DNA of 39,559 nucleotides, taken from positions 1 through 39,559 of IMG/VR virus record IMGVR_UViG_3300038379_000636; one strand, given 5' to 3'. Shown here piece by piece: positions 16,401-23,425 of this stretch (its first letter is position 1; each line of letters starts with the position of its first letter). The notes beneath the pieces are model-generated. The model searched no databases and was not told the DNA's origin. It saw only the letters and a list, made by a program, of their open reading frames with translations. Origin of the DNA: a virus. A program made the translations under genes and the position numbers.

Positions 16401-19400
16401 GCTCGCGCGAGCCCGCCTCGACCGAGCCCGCGGCGAGGAGCGCACGCACCAGGTCCGCGCCCCGGTCGAACCCGAACTGCTCTGCGACCGTGTCGGGATG
16501 GACGCCGTCCTTCGAGGCGGTGAGCCACGAGCGCGCGCCCGTTGGAACCGCCTGGATGGCCCGGCCCGCGGGCGTGTCCGCGCCAAAGAGCTCGAGCATC
16601 GCCGCGCGTGAGAGCTTGACGCGCGGCACGTCCGCCGGCGTCTCGCGACCGAGCAGCTGCCCCGTCCGCAGGTAGGCGTCGGCCTGCCACACCGGCTCGC
16701 GCGCCATCTCGGCATCGACCTCGGCGCGGATCTCGACAAGGGCCTCGCGCTCGCGCCGCTTGCGTTCGCGCTCGAGCTTCTCGAAGAGCCCGCGCCGCTT
16801 GGCCACTTCCTGGAGCTGCGCGCGATCGAGCCGCTCGCGCGCCGATGCCTGCGAGCGCGCGATCGACGCCTCGAGCGTTCGGCGCTCGGCCTCGGTCAAC
16901 TGCTCGCGCGCGAAGACGCTCGCCGTCACGTCCTCGCGCGTCTCGGCGGCGATCGCGTCGTCGGTTGCGAGGAGCCGATCGAACACGGCGCGCACGTCCT
17001 CGGGCAGCGCGGCCTCGCCGGTGAGATCGCGCAGCGAGCGGTAGAGCGAGACGAGCCACTCGCGCATGCGCGCAAAGGCGGCGCGCAGATCCGCGCTCGG
17101 CGCGCGCCCTTCGCGCAGATAGCCGAGGAAGGCGTCCGCGAGCCACTCTTTGCCGGCCGTGTCGAGCGGCGCAAGCGGCCCGTCTGCGGGCCTCCCGGTC
17201 GCGCGCAGCGCGGCGCGCACCAGCGTCTCCGCGTCCTTCGCGACCCACTCGGGCGCGTCCGGCGACTCGGCCTCGTCGAGCAGGCGCAGCGTGTAGTAGT
17301 GGCCGAGCTCGTGCAGGCCGGTCGAGAGGTCGGCGGAGCGCGCAAAACGAATGAGCGCGTCGCGCATGTCGGCGGAGAACGTGATCGAGCCGCGTTCGGT
17401 GCCGCCACGTTCTTGGCTCCGGCGCTGGGAGAAGGTCTGCGCTCCGGATTCGCGGAATCCCTCGAAGTCCTCGCCCCTGGCGGAGAATCCAGGCGCGACC
17501 GCGTCGAGAAAGCTGACCCCAAATGCGCGGCCGAATCCTCCGAGGTTCTTCGTGAGCGCGCGGTCGATCGCCGCGCGGTCCGGGAACACGGCGATCATCG
17601 AGCCAGCGTTCGAGTCGCTGACTGCGCGCGCAATCGCGCCGATGCCGCGCTGCGGGTCGCCCGTGCGGAGCCGCCGCATCTCGTCTGGCGACATCGAGAG
17701 CCAAGCCGCCGGCACGTACCGCGTGTCGAGGAGCAGGAGCCCCGTCTCCCCGGGCACCCGCTCATTCGCCCACGCGAGCGCTTCCTCCGGGCTCCCAACC
17801 CGGCCACCGCGCTCGCGCACCGAAGCCGCCACTCGCCGCAAGCGCCGCTCGAGGATGGCGACCACGCGATCGCGCCGCTTGGGCGGGATCCGGAACTCCC
17901 GCTCCGTCTCCACGTTCGAGGCGCGCCCGCCCGGTGCCACGACCAGGCTCCCGGCGAGCTCGATCCCAGAGCCGCGCAGCACGCCGGCGAGGCGATCGGT
18001 CACCGCCTGATCCTCGACGCTGCGGCCCGTGTTGCCGCTCGGGTGATTGTGGACGACCCACACCTTCGCCGCGTTCGGCACCGCGAAGCTCGCCGCGAGC
18101 GTCTCGATCGGATGCACCAGCGAGCTATCGCGCAGCCCGCGCGAGACGCGCACCACGCGCAGCACATCGCCGGCCGCGTCCGTCGTGACCGCGAGAAACT
18201 GTTCCTGCGCGTCCTTGCGGATCGGCGCGACGAGGTGAGCGACCTCTTCGTCGGTGGTGACGCGCGTGAGCCCGGTCGCGAGCGTGCCCGTGCGCACGAG
18301 CGCGACGCGCGGCCCGCGCGGACCGCTTACCTTCGGGGCCGGTGCCGCTTCGGGCGCAGCGTCGAAGAGATCGACCTGTACCGGGGCGCGCGGTCCACCT
18401 TCAGAAACGGCCGAGCGGCCTCGTTCGTCAGCATCGGCCAGCCGATAGACCGCGCCGCCTTCGGCGACGACCTTCGCTTCGCGGCGCGGAGTGAGCGTGG
18501 CATCGGTACCTCCTTCCGGCTCCTCGACCTGAAAGTACTCGTCGGCGAAGCGCTGCGCCTCGAACGCGAGCAGAGCGCGCGCAGCCGCCTCGTCGTCGAG
18601 CTGCGTGAGGTCGACGCCTGCTTCCCCGAGCAGCGCGCCGAGCTCGCCGCGCGCACCTTCGATCTCGGCGAGCTGCGCGATCTCGGCGGCCGTCCGCGTC
18701 GGCGAGCCCGCAAGCTCGGCGCGGATCGCCTCGAGCACGGCCCCGCGGTCGGCGTAGTCCGTGCCCGGCTGCGCGGGCAGGTACTCGAGCACATCGTGCT
18801 CGCTGCGAACAAGCGTGTCGGCATCGCCGACGCTGCGCGCCGTGCGGCTGAAGAGCCCGGGAAAGCGCTTCGGCGTCACGTCCATCGCGCGCAGCTCGCC
18901 CGCGAGCACGCTGTCCGGGTGCACGCCGCCGAGTTTCTTGAGCAGGTCAAGCACGGGGTACTGCGGGAGCTTCGGGAGCTTGCCGCCTCGCAGGTCCGCG
19001 ATGGCCGCGCGCAGCTCGGCGAGCCGGCGCGCGGCGGTCACGTCCTGCACCGGAGCGTCCGCGAGATCCGGGCGAGCGAGCGCGGTACGGGGTGCCGCGC
19101 CCACAAAGCGCAGCGCCGGCTCGTCCGCGATCGCCTCTTCGACCGAGATCCCGAGGCGCGCCGCGCGCGTGAGCGTGGCCGCGCGGATCACCGCAACGAG
19201 CGTGTCGGCCGCGCGGCGGTCGTAGGGCGAGTGCTCCGCGCCGACGATCGCATCGCGCAGGCGCCGGAAGTGTCCGGCCACGGCCGGCGAAACGGGCGGC
19301 GGAGTTTCGACGCCGACCGTCGCGACCGGCGACGCCGCGGCGTCGCGGAGCAGCTGCGCCTCCTCGGTCTCGGTGAGCGTGCGCGGATCGAGCCGCGCCG

Positions 19401-21201
19401 TTGCGAGCGCGCCACCGGCGGGCCTATTTGGTCCCGGAAGGCCAGCCGGAGCGGCCCCCGGAACCTCCGTGGGCGCGCGGAGCGGCGCGATCGCGGCGAG
19501 ATACTCGCCCATCGGAATCCGCGCGTCACGTCCCGAGCGCGCCGCCTCGGTGATCTCGGCGAGCGTGCGCGGCGAGAGCCCACGAATCGCGGCCTGCCCC
19601 GGCTCGCTCTGGAAGAGCTCGACGAGCTCCGCGGGGCTCATGTGCGCGGTGTCGACGCCCGCCTCTTCGCCGATGCGCTGCGCGAGCGCGCGAAACGACG
19701 CCGGCGCGCGCTCGCGCATCGTAAGCGCCGCGGCCGCCTGCTCGACTGCGCGCAGTCGCTCGCGCTCGCGCCGGCTCGCCTCGGCATGCGCCGCAAGGCG
19801 CCGCGCGGCGGCTGCGCCGAGTCCGCCCGCGGCGCCGAACACAGCGGTCGCGGTCGCTGCGGCACGGCGCGCCTCGGCGCGCGCGAGACTCGCTTCGTCG
19901 CTCGCAGCGCCCGCGGCCCCCGCCCGGGCGACCTGCGCCGCGCCCGCACCCTCGGCGTAGGCGGCCGAGGCATCGCGCGCCGCGAAGTCGAGCGCGGTCT
20001 GCACGTCCTCGGTCAGCACCTCGGAGCCGATCGCGGCCAGGTACGCCGCGCCGAACTTCGCGAACGCCGCGAGCGCGGCTCGGTCGCCCGCGAGCGCGGC
20101 AACCCTTCGACGCACCGCGGCGAGCGGGCCGCGCAGCACGGCCGAGCCGCCGATCGTTCCGAGCAGCGCCTCGAGTCCGACGAGGTCGAGCCCGGTCTTG
20201 ATGGCGCCCGTCGCGACGGCGAAGCCGACCAGCGCGTCGCGCGGGAGCATGCGCCCGTCCTTAAGCACGGTGTCCTCGAGCATCGCGTACGTCTCGGCGG
20301 TGTTCGCCCGGAACATCTCGCGCCCGGCGCCGGCGCGCGCGCCGAGTCCGGCACCAATCGGGGCGACCTCGGCGGCGAACGCGAGCCCGGCCGGATTGCC
20401 GGTCGCGGCCGTGAAGGCAACGCCGGCCGCGAGCGGGAGCCCGCCGCCGATCGCAGCGCCCGCGGCGCCGCCCGCGCTGCTGGCCAAGAGGATCTCCCAC
20501 TGCTGCGCCACGTCGCCGGCGGCGATCGCGAGCGCGCCCGTGCGATCCTCACTATGGGCGCGAGCGAGCCGATCGTAAACCTGCGCCTCCTCGGGCGACA
20601 TCCACGGCGGCACGGTCCCGATCGGAACCTCTCGATCGGGCGGCGCGGTCTTGAGCCGTGCCCACTCGGCAGCTTCTTCGGGCGTCTCGGTCCCATAGAT
20701 GTGCCCCCAGAGCAACTCGCCCTGCCGCACAGACCGGCGCCCGAGCTCGGAGCCGATCGCGGCCTGCTCGCTCGGCGCGCGCGAGCGAGCGCGGCTGTGG
20801 AGCGCGCGGCGCAGTCGCAGCCACTCGTGGAGCTGCTTGAGCACGGCGGCGCCCGCGATCGGGTCGCGGAAGGCATCCGAGAGCGCGCGCGAATCGGCGA
20901 GCTCGCCGCGGGCGGCGCGGTCGAGCCGTGCCTTGCGCAGCATGCGGCGCGCCTGCGCGGCGTTGCGCAGCGCGACATCGCGCGGCAGCCCAAGCTGCGA
21001 CTCGAAGCTGAGCGCGAGCTCGGCCTCGCCCGGCTCGGGGATCGTCGCGGCCTCGAACTCAAGGCGTCCGCTCGCAAGGCTTGGGACGCCGACGTCGAGC
21101 GCCGGCGCGTCCGGCGCGGCCGGGCGGAAGCCTTCGGGCAGCGCTTCGGGCGCGTCCGGCGCGGCTGGGCGGAAGCCCGCCGGGATGGCACCGCTACTCA
21201 T
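13408..21201 (-). CDS. Giant internal-virion / ejected polyvalent protein, 2,597 aa, in the T7 gp16 position
   Basis: The ATG at 21201 is the first in-frame Met after the upstream gene's stop at 21194. It contains a RadC-like JAB motif, an HExxH motif and C-terminal hydrophobic helices (about 13753-13854). The long Ala/Arg/Glu-rich helical regions are typical of ejection proteins. Confidence 0.85.
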   Translation of the reverse strand: MSSGAIPAGFRPAAPDAPEALPEGFRPAAPDAPALDVGVPSLASGRLEFEAATIPEPGEAELALSFESQLGLPRDVALRNAAQARRMLRKARLDRAARGELADSRALSDAFRDPIAGAAVLKQLHEWLRLRRALHSRARSRAPSEQAAIGSELGRRSVRQGELLWGHIYGTETPEEAAEWARLKTAPPDREVPIGTVPPWMSPEEAQVYDRLARAHSEDRTGALAIAAGDVAQQWEILLASSAGGAAGAAIGGGLPLAAGVAFTAATGNPAGLAFAAEVAPIGAGLGARAGAGREMFRANTAETYAMLEDTVLKDGRMLPRDALVGFAVATGAIKTGLDLVGLEALLGTIGGSAVLRGPLAAVRRRVAALAGDRAALAAFAKFGAAYLAAIGSEVLTEDVQTALDFAARDASAAYAEGAGAAQVARAGAAGAASDEASLARAEARRAAATATAVFGAAGGLGAAAARRLAAHAEASRRERERLRAVEQAAAALTMRERAPASFRALAQRIGEEAGVDTAHMSPAELVELFQSEPGQAAIRGLSPRTLAEITEAARSGRDARIPMGEYLAAIAPLRAPTEVPGAAPAGLPGPNRPAGGALATARLDPRTLTETEEAQLLRDAAASPVATVGVETPPPVSPAVAGHFRRLRDAIVGAEHSPYDRRAADTLVAVIRAATLTRAARLGISVEEAIADEPALRFVGAAPRTALARPDLADAPVQDVTAARRLAELRAAIADLRGGKLPKLPQYPVLDLLKKLGGVHPDSVLAGELRAMDVTPKRFPGLFSRTARSVGDADTLVRSEHDVLEYLPAQPGTDYADRGAVLEAIRAELAGSPTRTAAEIAQLAEIEGARGELGALLGEAGVDLTQLDDEAAARALLAFEAQRFADEYFQVEEPEGGTDATLTPRREAKVVAEGGAVYRLADADERGRSAVSEGGPRAPVQVDLFDAAPEAAPAPKVSGPRGPRVALVRTGTLATGLTRVTTDEEVAHLVAPIRKDAQEQFLAVTTDAAGDVLRVVRVSRGLRDSSLVHPIETLAASFAVPNAAKVWVVHNHPSGNTGRSVEDQAVTDRLAGVLRGSGIELAGSLVVAPGGRASNVETEREFRIPPKRRDRVVAILERRLRRVAASVRERGGRVGSPEEALAWANERVPGETGLLLLDTRYVPAAWLSMSPDEMRRLRTGDPQRGIGAIARAVSDSNAGSMIAVFPDRAAIDRALTKNLGGFGRAFGVSFLDAVAPGFSARGEDFEGFRESGAQTFSQRRSQERGGTERGSITFSADMRDALIRFARSADLSTGLHELGHYYTLRLLDEAESPDAPEWVAKDAETLVRAALRATGRPADGPLAPLDTAGKEWLADAFLGYLREGRAPSADLRAAFARMREWLVSLYRSLRDLTGEAALPEDVRAVFDRLLATDDAIAAETREDVTASVFAREQLTEAERRTLEASIARSQASARERLDRAQLQEVAKRRGLFEKLERERKRREREALVEIRAEVDAEMAREPVWQADAYLRTGQLLGRETPADVPRVKLSRAAMLELFGADTPAGRAIQAVPTGARSWLTASKDGVHPDTVAEQFGFDRGADLVRALLAAGSVEAGSRERVAEARARERLAALGELGPGVLEELAAQAVTGEARIQFLLDEEAIAHAKGGSEPSPRRVVEDMARRMVAGKTLSELERGPRIHRETARAARREAWRAARAGDFARVSAELRRELLHTLVEQYAHEAQESVRSGLTKARRYERSPAVRKKIGLAGHGYLEMIDSRLEAVSLRVLSGAEILRRRTPFIEWLRQRLAAGDALAVPDLPLEADSAIWQEVPRWMLEGARTNYRELTFEEWQGFVQTLDSIANAARREYETTVQGEVIERETVRNTMAAEIRRGVLRPATRSPRLVAVPATLGSFARAVTTRSAEELGDHFWALGRRAQAAVTGVEALLSALVRSDTTSMLFQVLVHPFVAAEGQHADRMRSHVTPVRALADRFITSRGRSRYDEILPETRLRNRFARAGAGAPAWLTRRTLLGILLHMGNDSSLMKLTGGYDWFEGMELADQRAALAGILADHLDAEDFEFANRVWALLEGMRAEVFEHERRLSGIAPTPLEPVPFEAGGVKLTGGYFPALYDPTRSDAAALREAAEVFRREGTGVGKVEPTHYFTRSRTMLRSRALRLDAFAMLLDHLEDVSLDLSFREPILDAYKTLQGRELQEEIRAQLGHEFSVSQFWLPWLQAMSGDVGHAGGLREIEALARGMRARAGSFVLLARATTLAVQPTGLANGLQQLVENVEGRTVGTGTRHLVAARYLARGLFDALGQGSFARAQKTYREVMARSAMLRARTETFDREIKEIERRVAGRAGALSFVQHVGARAIAGVQLFAVDLPVWLASERLARDQGRSARDAAEVADSTVKLSQGSGSLVSQARLLTHGGTLAEIFTFMGTYLNTQLNQVSGSWRRHHSVPATAAAVLTAVTFPAILGFGLRQLIYAAFPGGPEPADEDEIPEKLGKEVLGSLFGLVPGVRDLWSTYSSGRVQAPGWLGVYWKEAANLGRAVDEALDEDDWGDLFWAALRSTALAKGVPADWPLQTAEGVVEDDETAARSRSGRSR
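17299..17313 (-). other. HExxH (HELGH) zincin-like motif inside the giant protein
   Basis: gtggccgagctcgtg reverse-complements to CAC GAG CTC GGC CAC. Context: SITFSADMRDALIRFARSADLSTGLHELGHYY...EWLADAFLGYLREGRAPSADL, which resembles a module I recall from large polyvalent phage/conjugative proteins. Confidence 0.6.
17932..18279 (-). other. RadC-like JAB/MPN domain inside the giant protein
   Basis: EEVAHLVAPIRKDAQEQFLAVTTDAAGDVLRVVRVSRGLRDSSLVHPIETLAASFAVPNAAKVWVVHNHPSGNTGRSVEDQAVTDRL. HNHPSG is encoded at 18034-18051, and the JAMM-type H.H...S..D spacing is kept. Confidence 0.75.
21104..21177. repeat. Coding tandem repeat with a 45-bp period: a 29-bp core present twice with one mismatch
   Basis: ggcgcgtccggcgcggc(c/t)gggcggaagcc occurs at 21104-21132 and 21149-21177. 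It encodes GFRPAAPDAP twice at the N-terminus of the giant protein. Confidence 0.8.
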
Positions 21202-22732
21202 CGCGCTCGACCAGCTGCCCGCTTGGGAGCACCCACACCCCGGCCCGCGTCGGATGCGGCCGCGTGCCCGCCGGCAGTCCCGGCGCAGCGCGGCTGCGCT
21301 GCGTGCCCGTCGGCGGCGCAAGACGACCGCGAGCGCGCGGGAAGATGCCGAGCGCCGGACCGGGCTCGATGTCGACCCCGCGCTCGCGCACGAGGTCGAG
21401 CACCACCTGATCGAGCACCGCTTCCTGCTCGACCGGGTCCGGCGAGCGCTTCTCGCGGTCGGCCCACGCGATGACCGCGAGCTCGGCGCGCTGCCAGAAC
21501 GCCGTCTCGTCCTCAAGCGACGTCTCGACGACGGGAGCGCCGAACCACGGGTCGACCTGCAGGAGCTTCAGGCGCGCGTTCGCGCGCACGCCGAAGCCCT
21601 CGGGCACCCTGGCGGTGCGCTGGCGCAGCGCTTCTTGTTTGGCGCGCCACGTGTCCAGCTCGGGCCCGAGCTTTCCGGCGTCGAGCGGCTCCTCGGCGAG
21701 CTGCGCCGGCGTGAGGCCCTCGAGCCGCGCGACCTCCGCCGTGATCGCCGCGCGGCGCGAAGGGGTCACGGCCTCGGGGTCGACGATGTAGCCCCCTCGG
21801 CCGGCGACGCCGAACCAGTAGTCCGCCTCGCCGGCCAGGTCGTCGACGCGCTCGAGCACGTCGTCCACCGAGACGCCCGGGCCGCCAGGCCGCCCAAGCT
21901 GCGCGAGCTCGCTCTGCGCCGTGCGCTTGCGGTCCGCGCGGTCGCGGTCGGCATCGGCACGAGCTCGCCGCTCCTCGGCGCGCGCCGCGCGCTCCAGCGT
22001 CTCCATGCGACGCTGCGCCTTGAGCTCGGCCTCCTCGAGCCACTTCGCCGGCATCTCGGCGAACGGACCCTCGCGCGCAGCGATGCGCTGGCGGAGCGTC
22101 GCCGGGTCGTCGATGAGCCCCTGGGCGAGCGCCGCCCCAGCCACCGTGTCTCGGTAGGTCTTGATGCGCTTGTCCCGCTCGACCGGATCCCACTGCTGCG
22201 CGTTGCGGATGACCTGCGCGGCGCGCTGGCGCACGGCGAGCGCCTGCTCGGGCGTCGCGGCGCGCGCCTCGTCGTCGGCGAGCTGCGCGAGCGTCCAGTC
22301 GTCGTTCGCGGCGGCGTCCTCGACGGCTTGTTTTCGGATCGCGCTCGCGACCTGCAGCGCGATGTCCGCCTCGTCGTCGTCGAGCAGATCCTCGTACAGA
22401 TCCCGGTACCCGCCCGGCAGATCGCCAGCCGACTCGAGCGCCTGCTCGCGAGCCGACGTCCTGGCGGCCTCGAAGGTCGCGAGCGCCTTCTCGGGATCCC
22501 GCTCGGCGAGCGCCGCGGCGGCGGCCTCGCGCAGCGCGCGACCGGCCTCGCGCGCCGCGCGCGTGGCACGCGAGCGGTGGAGGTTGTCGAGCACACGCGC
22601 CGTTGTCTCGCCCACCTGCTCGAGCGCGCCGCCGAGCGCCGCCAGCCCGCGGGCGTCGCCGAACACCTCCGGGGTGGCGCGCGCCTCGCGGGGCGCGGCC
22701 GGCGCGCCGAGGAGCGGGATGCGAGACGGCAC
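21194..22732 (-). CDS. Internal virion protein (T7 gp15 position), 512 aa
   Basis: A long helical, charged protein (AELKAQRRMETLERAARAEERRARADADRDRADRK). It sits between a small TM protein and the giant protein. The function is assigned by synteny only. Confidence 0.55.
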   Translation of the reverse strand: MPSRIPLLGAPAAPREARATPEVFGDARGLAALGGALEQVGETTARVLDNLHRSRATRAAREAGRALREAAAAALAERDPEKALATFEAARTSAREQALESAGDLPGGYRDLYEDLLDDDEADIALQVASAIRKQAVEDAAANDDWTLAQLADDEARAATPEQALAVRQRAAQVIRNAQQWDPVERDKRIKTYRDTVAGAALAQGLIDDPATLRQRIAAREGPFAEMPAKWLEEAELKAQRRMETLERAARAEERRARADADRDRADRKRTAQSELAQLGRPGGPGVSVDDVLERVDDLAGEADYWFGVAGRGGYIVDPEAVTPSRRAAITAEVARLEGLTPAQLAEEPLDAGKLGPELDTWRAKQEALRQRTARVPEGFGVRANARLKLLQVDPWFGAPVVETSLEDETAFWQRAELAVIAWADREKRSPDPVEQEAVLDQVVLDLVRERGVDIEPGPALGIFPRARGRLAPPTGTQRSRAAPGLPAGTRPHPTRAGVWVLPSGQLVERDE

Positions 22733-22733
22733 C

Positions 22734-23234
22734 CTACGGCGTCCTCGGCGGCGGCGGCGGCGGGCTCGGCGGCGGCGGCGGCGGGAGCGGCGTCCTCGTC
22801 CTCGGCGACCCCGCCGGGTAGCGCAGCGAGTAGGCCGTCGCGCCGGCGCTCGCGAGCCCCGAGAGCACGGTCCCGGCCGCGGCCAGCCGCCCCGACCGCA
22901 GCGTGCTCCGCGCCGCGCTGCGCAGCATGCGATGCTCGGACAGACCCGCGCGGCGCGCCGACAGCGCCTCGCGCTCGATCATCTCGGCGTCGTTGACCAG
23001 CGCGTCGAGCGAGGTGCCCTCGAGCGCGACGCCGCTCTTTGCCGCCGCCAGCCGACGATGCGCGAGGAGCCGAGCCCCTTGCAGGCGGACGCGACGCTCC
23101 TCGGCGTAGCCCTCTTCTTTGGCGAGCTCGGCGTTGTACCGCGCCGCCGCCGCCTCGGCACCCGCCTGTTTCGACTGCGCGGCGCCCTGGATCACGGAGC
23201 CGGCGACCATCACGAGCGGGACGAACCAACCCAC
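22734..23234 (-). CDS. Small internal virion / membrane protein (T7 gp13/14 position), 166 aa, with a Pro-rich tail
   Basis: The GTG at 23234 is preceded by a GGGGGG RBS; an alternative ATG lies at 23210. The N-terminal hydrophobic segment is VGWFVPLVMVAGSVIQGAAQ. The C-terminus is PLPPPPPPSPPPPPPRTP. Confidence 0.5.
   Translation of the reverse strand: MGWFVPLVMVAGSVIQGAAQSKQAGAEAAAARYNAELAKEEGYAEERRVRLQGARLLAHRRLAAAKSGVALEGTSLDALVNDAEMIEREALSARRAGLSEHRMLRSAARSTLRSGRLAAAGTVLSGLASAGATAYSLRYPAGSPRTRTPLPPPPPPSPPPPPPRTP
22737..22790. repeat. GGC-rich coding microsatellite-like tract
   Basis: ggcggcggcggcggcgggctcggcggcggcggcggcggg... reads as poly-Pro on the minus strand. Confidence 0.7.
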
Positions 23235-23265
23235 ACGACCCCCCGAAATATCTCCACGGTTGTTT

Positions 23266-23274
23266 ATTATCACA
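23266..23274 (-). promoter_or_regulatory. Candidate extended -10 promoter element (TGTGATAAT)
   Basis: This is the only AT-rich patch in the 191-bp non-coding gap 23235-23425. Its minus-strand reading is TGtGATAAT, 31 nt upstream of the GTG at 23234. I found no convincing -35. Confidence 0.3.
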
Positions 23275-23425
23275 GCCGCCGAGCACGGCACGCGCGAACT
23301 CTGCACGCCGCCGAGCAGTAGACGGCGCTCTCGGCGCGGGTCATCGCGCGCGTCACGCGCGAGCACGTCGAGGCCGCGCTCGCCGCAATCCCGTCCAGCG
23401 CGACGTACGCGCTCGCCGAGGCGCT

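Noticed and set aside
22737-22790. GGC-rich repeats here, and the GC repeats at 4549-4587, as a CRISPR array or non-coding satellite
   Set aside because: They are short, lie in frame inside CDSs (a poly-Pro tail and a poly-Gly linker), and have no spacer/repeat architecture.
23235-23425. attP/integrase or a hidden small gene in the 191-bp gap after the nozzle gene
   Set aside because: No ORF with a start codon and coding-like composition is present. There is no integrase anywhere in the genome and no tRNA-like sequence. Only an extended -10-like element is retained, as a low-confidence feature.
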